A model generated the notes under the pieces. It ran no database searches, was not told the origin of the DNA, and saw only the letters and a list, made by a program, of their open reading frames with translations. A DNA stretch of 64,000 nucleotides from Spirochaetaceae bacterium (GTDB taxonomy: Bacteria; Spirochaetota; Spirochaetia; DSM-2461). Each line of letters begins with the position of its first letter. Position 1 is the stretch's first letter. Positions 10,568 to 19,716 of the stretch are shown here, one piece after another. The position numbers were made by a program, and so were the translations under genes. The stretch lies in contig OZ245056.1 of NCBI GenBank assembly GCA_965224705.1, forward strand, positions 2,304,001 to 2,368,000. The letters run 5' to 3'.

Positions 10568-11461
10568 TTATATCTCAACACCCAGAACCTTACGTACCAG
10601 TATTCCGATCCCGAATGACAAACTGGCAACACCAAGACTTATGCCGGCCATTTCAAAGAAATGCCTATGGAATGGAATGCTTTTTGTCACTGAAATATAG
10701 AGATTGAAAACAAGAATGATAATAATGGATGCTGTTAACGTCAGGATAAGAGCCAGAATGTAGCTGGATATCAGTAAATAAGGAAGGACCAGGATGATAA
10801 CAGTTAGAATGTAGGCAACACCGGTATAGAGCGCCGCTTTTCCAGCCTTTCCCACTGTAGCAGTCTTCTCTTTTGTACGATGAGCAAGAAACTCTGAGGA
10901 TGCCATGGATAATGATGCCGCAATGCCGGTGATAAGACCGGAGAGAGCGATTAATCTGGTATTTCGAAAAGCAAATGTAAGACCAGCCAGAGCACCAGTA
11001 AGCTCTATCAATGCATCATTCAACCCCAATACAATGGAGCCGACATAGTCCAGAATTTTTTCTTCAAGCATCTTTATCAGTTCCTGCTCATGGAGTTCCT
11101 CGTCTTCCATAATTGTTTTGAGAGCAGGATAACTATCAATAACTCCTTTATAAGATGACTGAACAGTGTTTTCAATTTTCTCAAGCATTTTTAATGTGAA
11201 AGTGATACCCAGTATTCGGGATGTCATGATAACCAGCCAGGCGTATAACCGCTGTGGATTCAGATGAGTCTTTGTGTATTCTTTGAGAGTTCCATAGTGG
11301 TTCTGTTCCTCCCGGGCAATTCTGGCCAGGATATCTGAATTATGCTTCTCCTTAACTCTTTTCGAGAGTCTTTCATATATCAATGCCGCTGTAGCTTCAT
11401 CTCTTTGAAACTTCTTGAGAATGGCAATGTCTTTTTTGCTCGGGGTTGGAATCGAGTTCAC
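10568..11461 (-). CDS. Rubrerythrin/ferritin-like N-domain fused to a VIT1/CCC1 transporter
   Basis: EEQNH and DEELHE diiron-type motifs; VLGLNDALIELTG, SLSMASSEFL. Confidence 0.88.
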   Translation of the reverse strand: MNSIPTPSKKDIAILKKFQRDEATAALIYERLSKRVKEKHNSDILARIAREEQNHYGTLKEYTKTHLNPQRLYAWLVIMTSRILGITFTLKMLEKIENTVQSSYKGVIDSYPALKTIMEDEELHEQELIKMLEEKILDYVGSIVLGLNDALIELTGALAGLTFAFRNTRLIALSGLITGIAASLSMASSEFLAHRTKEKTATVGKAGKAALYTGVAYILTVIILVLPYLLISSYILALILTLTASIIIILVFNLYISVTKSIPFHRHFFEMAGISLGVASLSFGIGILVRKVLGVEI

Positions 11462-14289
11462 TTGGTTTCCATTCTATAGACTCCATCCCAGTTGCCGGGA
11501 GGCGGATTGTCCCTGTACTGTATGCAGCGGCTGATAAAAACTTTGGATGGACCATCGTTCGGCAGTTGTCTCAGAATTTTTCTAAATAATGCCTGCGCTT
11601 CATCCCATTGGCAGTCATAGAAGAGTTCCAGACCCTGGTGGTAAAGCTCAAAACATTTTTTTTGAGTGACTGTGTAGCCTCCCATGTAATCCTTATGGTA
11701 GCACAATTCATAGCAGGTAACAGGCTTTTCTTTTCCCATAACACGAATTCTGTCGAGGTGTCGAGTGATGAAATCGCCGCGAATAGCTTCTTCTGTGGAA
11801 CTACTGATTAGAACTTGAGTGTTATACTGTTTATTGACACCTTCAAGCCGTGCGGCCAGATTCATCTCATCCCCAAGAGCCGTATAGTCCTTTCTTTTAT
11901 TTGTACCGATGAATCCTACATTGTTGATACCCGTATTAATACCCATCCTGGTAAAGATTTGTCCATGAGGAAGACGTGAAAGAATCTCATCATCCAGCAA
12001 TCCTGATTCAATGAGGTCTTTGTTTATTTCCCTTTCCAATTGAACCATTCTCATGGCGGCACGGCAGGCTCTTACCGGGTGATCATCCTGGCTGATGGGG
12101 GCATTCCAGAAGGCTATAATGGCATCACCTTCGTATTTATCGATAGTTCCCAGCTCTTCAAGGATGACATCACTCATGGGAGTCAGGTATTGCTTGATGA
12201 ATTCAAACAACTTATCCGATGAACCTAAATGTTCTGAAATCGTAGAAAACTTCTCTATATCGGAAAACATTGCAGTGATGGATCGGTTATCACCGCTCAT
12301 ATTCAGCATGTCCGGGTTATCCTGTATCTCCTTCACAACATCAGGGGATATTATCTGCCCAAAGGCGTTCTGTATGAATGCTTTTTCCTTAGAAGTTGCC
12401 AGGAAATTTCCTACAAGAGTTTGAAGGTAGACTGTCAGCAAAGTAAGTATGAGGGGCAATAGATAGAAATAAACGCCTGTAAGAGCAAAGAAGAGGCCTC
12501 CTGCACCAACAATAATCAATATATACAATGCACCAAGTATTGTATTCAGACCGGAGTTTTTCTTGCTGATATTGGTGATGGGGACTGCACCGAGACCGGC
12601 AATGAGAATCACAATAAAACATATCCACAAAGGAATTTCCTTAAGAAACTGACCTTCCAGGAGGGAATTGTACAACACTCCATAGATACCCATGTTCATG
12701 TATCTTTTTTCAAAGGGATTGGCCCCATAATCTGTTGTGCTTGTGCCTGTATATCCTGTAATTACTACTGCATCTTCCAATCGGTTTCGAAGGTGTTTTC
12801 TGTAAATCTGGACTTCGTCCAGAATAGTGCGGGTTTCGGAGAATAGGTAACCGACTGTATTTCTGAGTTCAACAAAGGAACTCAAGTTCTCACCGGGTGT
12901 CTCTGGATTATTGATTATGCTGTCCAGTTCATTATTGGCAATTTCTTCTGCATTCCCGTTGTAGAAACGCATGGCTGTTTCTATGAACTCATCGCGATAT
13001 TGACCCAACTCCGGAGCTCTTGCTCCATCCCCTCTGCCCAGCATCTCCCTCTGCATTGTCTCTAAATCCGTAATCATTGAACTCAGAGGTGCAGCGGTAT
13101 CTCCATAGACATCTGAAGTGATGCCGGTCCCTTCCAGTTCATTTATGAAGTTTGAAAGATCCCCGAGGAGAAGGTCGTGGTAGTAAAGATATAAAAAAGA
13201 CAGCCGATGGTCTGGATTTGAAGAGTCGAAATCCTTTGCCTGCCTGCGGTTCAGTGGAGTGCCGTCGTAATTTCTTTTGGGCCAGTTGAGCAGCATTTTT
13301 CCTCTCTGATCAAGTGGTATGCTCAGATTTCCTGCTTCTATACGTTTGGAGTAGACAGTAATGGGCGGCTTGCCCGCTCTTACCCACCAGGTTCCGAATC
13401 CCAAATTTGTGTAGTACTTATCACCCTGCCGGTAGATAAGGTCAACACGTCGGCGTGTTCCATCCGCATCAATGTAGCTTCGCGGAAAACCTGCCCATCT
13501 GGAAGACTGGATAATGGGCATTATAGCTGGCTGTATCTCGACTGCTGAATCAAATTGATTATCCTGAAAAGTCAGGTCATCCTTAAAAGTCAAATAGTCA
13601 TTGATACTGACATTGGTTTCAGTCCACTGTCTGAGTTCCTCAGAGATTGTTTCATCCCTGTCATTGACCATGTTTACCGTTGCTGTAACGTTACCAAGAT
13701 AGGCAAGTGCCTGAGCAAGGTATTCATCTTTTGAAAATGTGAGTTTGTCTATGTCTTCAATAATCCTGTCGACCGTATCCCAACCAGCCTGTTTAAGCTC
13801 CTCAAGGTATTCCAATGCCTGATTTCGAGTAATCTGCCTATTGAGAATGAGATTGACCAGTTGTTCCTGGTTATCTGTCAGGTTGGATACATTGTTTTCA
13901 ATACTGTTGATCAATCCATAGTCTTTCCAGTCATTATTGATACCATCTTCACTGCTGTCCACGAATTCAATATCCAGCATAACCCATGCCGGTGCAAATT
14001 CTGAGGCAAGAATCATGCCATCGGCGAAGACTTCACGGGGAAGAGGATATGAGTTCACCTCTGTAATAGTCTGATCATCAATTTCAAGAAGGAGAATTCT
14101 GTTTTCTTCTGCAATGGGCTTTTTCAGGTGGAGTAGAAAATCGAAGAAACGATTATCGATAGACTTGAGGAGTCCCTTGCCCTGTCCTTCAATCTGTTTT
14201 TTATAATTGGACTGGTTTGTGAAAATGATACCGGTAAAAACAAATGCCGCCAGTAGAGCCGTGCCGATAGAAACAAGTCTACGCTTCAT
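11458..14289 (-). CDS. CHASE2-domain class III adenylate/guanylate cyclase
   Basis: IDADGTRR, FSDIEKFSTISE, IDKYEGDAIIAFW, YTALGDEMNLAARLEG, C-terminal TPR-like WDGV; AGGAG RBS before ATG 14289. Confidence 0.92.
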   Translation of the reverse strand: MKRRLVSIGTALLAAFVFTGIIFTNQSNYKKQIEGQGKGLLKSIDNRFFDFLLHLKKPIAEENRILLLEIDDQTITEVNSYPLPREVFADGMILASEFAPAWVMLDIEFVDSSEDGINNDWKDYGLINSIENNVSNLTDNQEQLVNLILNRQITRNQALEYLEELKQAGWDTVDRIIEDIDKLTFSKDEYLAQALAYLGNVTATVNMVNDRDETISEELRQWTETNVSINDYLTFKDDLTFQDNQFDSAVEIQPAIMPIIQSSRWAGFPRSYIDADGTRRRVDLIYRQGDKYYTNLGFGTWWVRAGKPPITVYSKRIEAGNLSIPLDQRGKMLLNWPKRNYDGTPLNRRQAKDFDSSNPDHRLSFLYLYYHDLLLGDLSNFINELEGTGITSDVYGDTAAPLSSMITDLETMQREMLGRGDGARAPELGQYRDEFIETAMRFYNGNAEEIANNELDSIINNPETPGENLSSFVELRNTVGYLFSETRTILDEVQIYRKHLRNRLEDAVVITGYTGTSTTDYGANPFEKRYMNMGIYGVLYNSLLEGQFLKEIPLWICFIVILIAGLGAVPITNISKKNSGLNTILGALYILIIVGAGGLFFALTGVYFYLLPLILTLLTVYLQTLVGNFLATSKEKAFIQNAFGQIISPDVVKEIQDNPDMLNMSGDNRSITAMFSDIEKFSTISEHLGSSDKLFEFIKQYLTPMSDVILEELGTIDKYEGDAIIAFWNAPISQDDHPVRACRAAMRMVQLEREINKDLIESGLLDDEILSRLPHGQIFTRMGINTGINNVGFIGTNKRKDYTALGDEMNLAARLEGVNKQYNTQVLISSSTEEAIRGDFITRHLDRIRVMGKEKPVTCYELCYHKDYMGGYTVTQKKCFELYHQGLELFYDCQWDEAQALFRKILRQLPNDGPSKVFISRCIQYRDNPPPGNWDGVYRMETK

Positions 14290-14427
14290 GGGATTTTCTC
14301 CTGCTGTATATTCAGTGATTATAATCTGATCTGCAGCAGTTAATCCAGTCCCTGAAGAAATCAAATGCACTCAAACCAAAATGAAAGCCTGAACCTCTAT
14401 CCCCTAATACTGAAGAATACTTGCGAG

Positions 14428-14454
14428 TAAAGTCATCGTTCAGAATACCGATTA
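14428..14454 (+). promoter_or_regulatory. Sigma-28 (FliA)-type promoter of the flagellar rod operon
   Basis: TAAA-N15-ACCGATTA versus consensus TAAA-N15-GCCGATAA. Confidence 0.7.
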
Positions 14455-14497
14455 TTAATAAGAGAGAATGGCCATCCGGTTATTCTGGAGGGGATGT

Positions 14498-15304
14498 GTG
14501 ATTAGAGGATTATATACTGGAGCCAGTGGGATGCGGGCTCAGGAACACAGACTTGATGCATTATCAAACAATCTTGCCAATGTTGATCTCAGTGGGTACA
14601 AAAGGGATATTTCGGTTCATAAGGCCTTTCCAGAACTGCTTATACGCCGATTTGATGATAATGGAGAATACAGGTTCCCTCTGGGAAGTGTGGATACATC
14701 ACCAGCAGTTGGAAAACTGGGGATGGGAGTTGAATACAATGAATCCTATACCGTATTCGAGCAAGGATCGCTGAAAGCTACGGAAAACTTCTTTGATCTT
14801 GCTCTGGATGATGAAGGTTTTTTTACAATAGATACTCCCCGAGGATTGAGATACACCCGAAACGGTTCGTTCTGGCTGGGTAAGGAACAGATCCTTGAAA
14901 CTAAAGATGGTTATCCTGTTATGGGTGAGAATGGCATCATCCGTATTACGGAGGATAGGGTTACCATAGACAAGCTTGGCCGGGTGTGGCAGACGGCTGA
15001 GGGTTCGGTGGAACCTGAACTGATTGATAGTATAAAGGTCGTGGGATTTGCCCGTTCCAGATTTCTTAGAAAGGAAGGAAACAGTTTCTGGGCTGCTCAA
15101 GAACGTTCAGGTCCGGCTGAGGATTTACTCGGTGTGGCCAGACCCGGTGTACTACAGGGATTCCTTGAAGGATCGAATGTTAATCCGGTATCAGAAATGG
15201 TCAATATGATTGAGGTTAACAGAGCTTATGAGGCTAACCAGAAAGTCATAGGAACTCAAGACAGCATGTTGAATCGTCTGATTAACCAGGCCGTAAAGTA
15301 TTAG
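14498..15304 (+). CDS. flgF: Flagellar basal-body rod protein, FlgF/FlhO-type
   Basis: GLYTGASGM, SNNLANV, YTRNG, LEGSNVNPV; GTG start after GGAGG. Confidence 0.85.
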   Translation: MIRGLYTGASGMRAQEHRLDALSNNLANVDLSGYKRDISVHKAFPELLIRRFDDNGEYRFPLGSVDTSPAVGKLGMGVEYNESYTVFEQGSLKATENFFDLALDDEGFFTIDTPRGLRYTRNGSFWLGKEQILETKDGYPVMGENGIIRITEDRVTIDKLGRVWQTAEGSVEPELIDSIKVVGFARSRFLRKEGNSFWAAQERSGPAEDLLGVARPGVLQGFLEGSNVNPVSEMVNMIEVNRAYEANQKVIGTQDSMLNRLINQAVKY

Positions 15305-15317
15305 GAGGGGTAGAATA

Positions 15318-16115
15318 ATGATGCGTTCACTCTGGACTGCTGCAACAGGAATGAATGGGCAGCAGTATAACATAGATGCGATTTCCAATAACTTATCGAA
15401 TGTGAATACCACGGGATATAAGCAGGTGAGAGTGGATTTTGAAGATCTCATCTACCTGAATTCCCGTATAGCCGGTACTCCGGCAACTGAACGGACGGTT
15501 ACACCCACCGGGATTCAAGTCGGACATGGTGTTCGTGTTGGTGCCTCACAAAGAATTTTCACACAGGGCAGCCCCAGAGCAACGGATTCTCTCAGTGATG
15601 TGGCCGTTATGGGAGAGGGGTTTTTTCGAATACTGAATATGGATGGAAGCTTCGGCTATACCCGGGATGGGGCGTTCATGATCGATGCCAATGGCCAATT
15701 TGTAACATCCAGCGGATACCGGCTCATGCCTGAATTGATTCTTCCTGTCAATTTCATTCCTGAGAGCTTATCCGTGAGCCAGCAGGGGCAGGTTACGGTT
15801 AAGCTCCCCGATCAGGACGATGCGATAACAGTGGGACAGATAAATCTATACCGTTTTGTCAATCCGGCAGGACTCCAGGCAATTGGAGAGAATCTCTTTG
15901 TGGAAACAGCCGCTTCGGGAGAGGCTGTACAGGGTCGGCCTGGTGAAGATGATATGGGGAAGCTGCTTCACAAATTTCTGGAGAGTTCCAATGTATCAGT
16001 GGTGAAGGAAATGGTTGGTATGATTGTTGCTCAGCGGGCCTATGAACTCAATTCCAAATCCATCCAGACATCCGACAGTATGCTGGGGATTGCCAACAAT
16101 CTCAAGCGAGGATGA
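15318..16115 (+). CDS. flgG: Flagellar basal-body distal rod protein FlgG
   Basis: RSLWTAATGM, GIQVGHG, YTRDG, AQRAYELNSK. Confidence 0.96.
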   Translation: MMRSLWTAATGMNGQQYNIDAISNNLSNVNTTGYKQVRVDFEDLIYLNSRIAGTPATERTVTPTGIQVGHGVRVGASQRIFTQGSPRATDSLSDVAVMGEGFFRILNMDGSFGYTRDGAFMIDANGQFVTSSGYRLMPELILPVNFIPESLSVSQQGQVTVKLPDQDDAITVGQINLYRFVNPAGLQAIGENLFVETAASGEAVQGRPGEDDMGKLLHKFLESSNVSVVKEMVGMIVAQRAYELNSKSIQTSDSMLGIANNLKRG

Positions 16116-16474
16116 AACTGATGACAACTCATTCATTACTAACCGCCCAATCAGGGGCGTATAAAACTGCAGCTCAGACTACACAACTCAATAATTTCAT
16201 CAGACGCACTGAATCAAGTGACGAAGCGGAACTGAGAAAAGTATGCGATGATTTTGAAGCCTTATTTGTCAAAATGATGCTGGATTCCATGCGTGAGACA
16301 CTGAATGATAACAGTTTGATTCCAAAGAATGCCAGCGAAAAAATGTTTGAAGAGCAGCTATTTGATGAGTACGCTCAGAAAATAGGAAAAACTGCTGATT
16401 TTGGAATTGCAGATATCATGTATAATCAGATGTCCGTGGGTATTCCAGGCAGCAGAGTCAATCTCAGTAGCTGA
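16112..16474 (+). CDS. flgJ: FlgJ rod-binding protein (single domain, no muramidase)
   Basis: LRKVCDDFEALFVKMMLDSMR, FGIADIMYNQ. Confidence 0.9.
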   Translation: MKLMTTHSLLTAQSGAYKTAAQTTQLNNFIRRTESSDEAELRKVCDDFEALFVKMMLDSMRETLNDNSLIPKNASEKMFEEQLFDEYAQKIGKTADFGIADIMYNQMSVGIPGSRVNLSS

Positions 16475-16614
16475 TTGTGTAGAATTAATAAACTCCAATA
16501 TAGTATCTAAAAGTATACATTTTTGATATTTGCTTCGGCACAGAACAGAATAATGCCTGACTATTCGATATAAACAGTGGAATTATTTGCATTACAGGTA
16601 TTCTGGCAATGAAT

Positions 16615-16630
16615 TGGCACGATAATTGCT
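16615..16630 (+). promoter_or_regulatory. Sigma-54 (-24/-12) promoter upstream of the RpoS-like sigma gene
   Basis: TGGCACG-ATAA-TTGCT, exact match to TGGCACG-N4-TTGCW. Confidence 0.88.
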
Positions 16631-16641
16631 AAGAATACACT

Positions 16642-17364
16642 ATGACTGAGAAAAAGAGTAAAAATTACATTTCGGATTCCAATCTACAGACATATTTTCG
16701 CGAGATCAGCCAATATGAGCTTCTGACATATGAGGATGAGCTGGACTGTTCCCGCCGAATTGAAAAAGGACAGAAGGAGGCATTAAACAAACTGATTAAT
16801 GCCAATCTCCGTATGGTTGTTACAATTGCAAGAAAGTATGCTAATCGGGAAATGAGTCTTCTGGACATGATTCAGGAAGGAAACTATGGGCTGGTCAAAG
16901 CGGCACGGAAGTATGATTACCGTGAGAAAGTACGGTTCAGCACATATGCATACTGCTGGATAAAACAGGCGATTAAGAGTGCTGTCAAGAAGAACTCTTT
17001 TCCAAAAGGGAGCAAAAAAACATTAAAATCTCAACCGTCTGTTGTGTCCTTATACACAGAATTAAACCAGGACAGAATTGCCGTCATTGATGCGATTCCT
17101 GATCAATCCTACAATCCGCCTGATGAAGAGTTTGTTGAAGGGCATGTAAAAGAAGATACGCATAGATTTTTAAACGTACTTCGTGAGAAGGAAAAGAAGA
17201 TCCTCATGTATCGATTTGCTCTGACCGGAGATAAGAAACACACATTGCGATCAATCGGCGAAAAAATGGGGATCTCCCCGGAAGGTGTTCGTCAGATTGA
17301 AATTCGTGCCTTACAGAAGCTTCGATTCAAAGCACATCCAATGCGAAGTTATTTTTATAAATAG
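16642..17364 (+). CDS. rpoS: Alternative sigma-70 factor, RpoS-like, with shortened region 3
   Basis: Region 1.2 YFREISQYELL; region 2 NLRMVV..A, DMIQEGN, FSTYA; region 4 TLRSIG..EGVRQIE; same position after flgJ as Borrelia rpoS. Confidence 0.8.
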   Translation: MTEKKSKNYISDSNLQTYFREISQYELLTYEDELDCSRRIEKGQKEALNKLINANLRMVVTIARKYANREMSLLDMIQEGNYGLVKAARKYDYREKVRFSTYAYCWIKQAIKSAVKKNSFPKGSKKTLKSQPSVVSLYTELNQDRIAVIDAIPDQSYNPPDEEFVEGHVKEDTHRFLNVLREKEKKILMYRFALTGDKKHTLRSIGEKMGISPEGVRQIEIRALQKLRFKAHPMRSYFYK

Positions 17365-17373
17365 TGACTCCAC

Positions 17374-17405
17374 GCCCTGAGCAGACATGGTTGAGGGTAC
17401 TTTTG
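17374..17405 (+). terminator. Possible intrinsic terminator after the sigma gene
   Basis: Imperfect hairpin gccctgagc...gttgagggt followed by acttttg. Confidence 0.35.
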
Positions 17406-17545
17406 AGAAATCTGATGGATTCAGAATTCATGGTTTCCAGCCACCTCAGTTATGCCTGCTCTGCAATAGATAGAAATCCCTCAACAGGGTTTCAAAAAGG
17501 GTTTTTTTGAGCAGCCCTTGAGTTCCCGAGGAACTTCTGCATATC

Positions 17546-18571
17546 ATGTCCAGTATGAATATACTGGGAATAGAAACCAGTTGTGATGAATGCTCTATTG
17601 CTGTTGTTAAAGACGGCAGAAAGATACTTTCAAACATTGTCGCAACCCAGGTTGAACGCCATGCTCCATGGAATGGAGTTGTTCCGGAAATCGCTTCAAG
17701 ACTTCATACTGAATGGATTGATGAGGTTTGCTCCAGAGCCCTGAATCAATCTGGACTGACTCTGGACGATGGAATTGACGGCATAGCTGTTACGACTCGT
17801 CCAGGACTCATTGGTTCCCTCTTAATTGGACTATCGTATGCGAAGGGTTTGGCCTGGTCTGCATCTAAACCATGGGTGGGAGTTGACCACATAATGGCCC
17901 ATCTGTATGCTCCCCATCTGGAGTATGATATAGACTATCCATATCTTGGTCTTATCGTCTCTGGAGGACATACAATTATTTGTGTCGTGAAATCCATGGA
18001 TGACATTGAAATTCTTGGCACAACGATTGATGATGCATGTGGCGAAGCCTTTGACAAGGTTGCAAGACATTTTGATATGGGATATCCCGGCGGAGTGTTC
18101 CTTGACCGTCTCGCTGAAAACGGGGATGATGGGGCTTATCGATTCCCAATGCCAAAACTGCGAAAAGGAGACCACCGCTATGATGTCTCATATTCAGGCC
18201 TTAAAACAGCAGTGGTCAACCAGCTTTCACGGTTTCGAGTCAGTGGAGTTCAGGATAAGCGGGAAGATGTTGCCGCTTCCTTCAGAAAGGCCGCTATCGA
18301 TATTCTGGTGGAGCGAATAGATTGCGCCGTCGAGGATACCGGTATTAATCGGCTTGTTGCAGGTGGTGGTGTATCGGCCAACCGCTACCTCCGCCGCGTT
18401 CTCAATGCCAGAGCCAGACTTGAAACATATTTTTCATCATTGGAACTATGCACAGACAATGGTGCCATGATTGCTGGATTGGGATATCATCACATAGTTA
18501 ATGGCAGGCGAAGTGAGTTAAGTCTTAATGCAGCTCCCAGAGTTGCAGGTTTCCGACGGCCATATCCGTGA
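17546..18571 (+). CDS. tsaD: tRNA threonylcarbamoyltransferase TsaD
   Basis: ILGIETSCDE, GVVPEIASRLH, HxxAH, SGGHT, CTDNGAMIA. Confidence 0.98.
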   Translation: MSSMNILGIETSCDECSIAVVKDGRKILSNIVATQVERHAPWNGVVPEIASRLHTEWIDEVCSRALNQSGLTLDDGIDGIAVTTRPGLIGSLLIGLSYAKGLAWSASKPWVGVDHIMAHLYAPHLEYDIDYPYLGLIVSGGHTIICVVKSMDDIEILGTTIDDACGEAFDKVARHFDMGYPGGVFLDRLAENGDDGAYRFPMPKLRKGDHRYDVSYSGLKTAVVNQLSRFRVSGVQDKREDVAASFRKAAIDILVERIDCAVEDTGINRLVAGGGVSANRYLRRVLNARARLETYFSSLELCTDNGAMIAGLGYHHIVNGRRSELSLNAAPRVAGFRRPYP

Positions 18572-18590
18572 AATAAGAAAGGATTATACA

Positions 18591-19139
18591 ATGAGTCAGG
18601 ATTTCAATCTCGATAAAGTTATCCGTAAAATACCTGATTATCCAAAAAAGGGCATACTCTTCTTTGACATAACAAGTATTTTGATGAATCCAGAGGCTTA
18701 TCATTACTGCATAGATAGAATGGTGGAATTCTACAAAGGTACTGACATCGCAGCGGTTGCCGGCATAGAGTCGAGGGGATTTCTTTTTGCTTCACCTCTG
18801 GCAGACCATTTAGGCATACCTTTAATTCTTGTCAGGAAGGCTGGAAAACTGCCCGGAGAAGTTTATCATCAGGACTATCTACTGGAATATGGTGATGCCG
18901 CAGTTGAAATTCATAAGAGTGATGTCCCGAAGGGAGGTCATGTTTTGCTCATTGATGATCTTATTGCCACCGGGGGAACGCTGAAAGCTTCAAGAACTCT
19001 TCTTGAACAGGGTGGTGCAACGGTCAGAAATGTGTTCGGAGTCATAGGGTTACCCTTTTTGAATTTCCAGAAAAATCTACCGGGAATAGATGTTGTGACC
19101 CTGATTGATTATCATGATGAAGTGATGACGATGGAGTAG
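18591..19139 (+). CDS. apt: Adenine phosphoribosyltransferase
   Basis: IPDYPKKGILF, GIESRGF, IDDLIATGGT; ATG 18591 after AAGGA. Confidence 0.97.
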   Translation: MSQDFNLDKVIRKIPDYPKKGILFFDITSILMNPEAYHYCIDRMVEFYKGTDIAAVAGIESRGFLFASPLADHLGIPLILVRKAGKLPGEVYHQDYLLEYGDAAVEIHKSDVPKGGHVLLIDDLIATGGTLKASRTLLEQGGATVRNVFGVIGLPFLNFQKNLPGIDVVTLIDYHDEVMTME

Positions 19140-19148
19140 TCCTCCATC

Positions 19149-19177
19149 TTGACCAGATTTCATTTTGGGGTTAGTTT
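19149..19177 (+). promoter_or_regulatory. Sigma-70 promoter for tRNA-Gln/tRNA-Glu
   Basis: TTGACC-N17-TAGTTT. Confidence 0.55.
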
Positions 19178-19193
19178 TTCAAACAGATATTAA

Positions 19194-19265
19194 TTCCCGG
19201 TAGTGTAATTGGTAACACTGCAGATTCTGGTTCTGCCTTTGGGGGTTCGAGTCCTCCCCGGGAAG
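19194..19265 (+). tRNA. tRNA-Gln(CTG)
   Basis: Acceptor ttcccgg/ccgggaa; anticodon arm gcaga-ttCTGgt-tctgc; T-loop GGTTCGAG. Confidence 0.95.
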
Positions 19266-19274
19266 CAATAATCT

Positions 19275-19346
19275 GGTCCCTTCGTCTAACGGTCAGGACA
19301 GGAGATTCTCATTCTTCAAATAGGGGTTCGATTCCCCTAGGGACTA
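19275..19346 (+). tRNA. tRNA-Glu(CTC)
   Basis: Acceptor ggtccct/agggact; anticodon arm ggaga-ttCTCat-tcttc; GGTTCGATTCC. Confidence 0.95.
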
Positions 19347-19357
19347 TTGTTTATGTA

Positions 19358-19486
19358 TGCCGGATCTGCATACCGAACAATTCCGGATTCCATTTTGAAC
19401 CCACCGGTCAGGAAGAACCAGCATTGTGAAAGTTGGGGAGGATAGGCGGGTCATCATATCCGATCGTTGAACAGACTCGTCGGAAC
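19358..19486 (-). ncRNA. Candidate structured RNA: long interrupted hairpin with 6S-like closing-stem motifs
   Basis: Nested minus-strand pairings gtctgt/gcagat, aacgat/attgtt, cggat/atccg, gacccgcc/ggtgggtt; the G.U wobbles work only on the minus strand. Confidence 0.35.
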
Positions 19487-19714
19487 TCACTCAACCAGGG
19501 TTAGATGATGAGAACTCTTTTTTGGTGTATCAAGAGAATACACAATGCACCTGGCATCTTCCTCGTGCTGTTTTATCAGAATGCGCCTTCCACCATATTC
19601 TGACTCCACCTTCACGAGAACCCGGCCGCTGTCATCATTGCTTACTTCAAGAATCAAACCATTTCCGGCTATTTCAACCAGTTTCTTCCTGTCTAAATCA
19701 ATACGCTTCGCCAT
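19487..19714 (-). CDS. Small hypothetical protein downstream of proB
   Basis: Clean ORF coupled to the proB stop; GGGAG-like RBS; no recognised family. Confidence 0.65.
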   Translation of the reverse strand: MAKRIDLDRKKLVEIAGNGLILEVSNDDSGRVLVKVESEYGGRRILIKQHEEDARCIVYSLDTPKKSSHHLTLVE

Positions 19715-19716
19715 AT

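Noticed and set aside
729..17364. Cys at normally conserved positions (S14 CGCPR, L36 VICRR, sigma AYCWI), suggesting codon reassignment
   Set aside because: The replaced residues are mixed (R, W, Y) and catalytic or Zn-binding Cys use the same codons, so drift is the simpler explanation.
19395..19425. SRP RNA on the plus strand (gtcaggaagaaccagca)
   Set aside because: It lacks the GNRA-capped helix between TCAGG and AGCAGC, and the pairing favours the minus strand.
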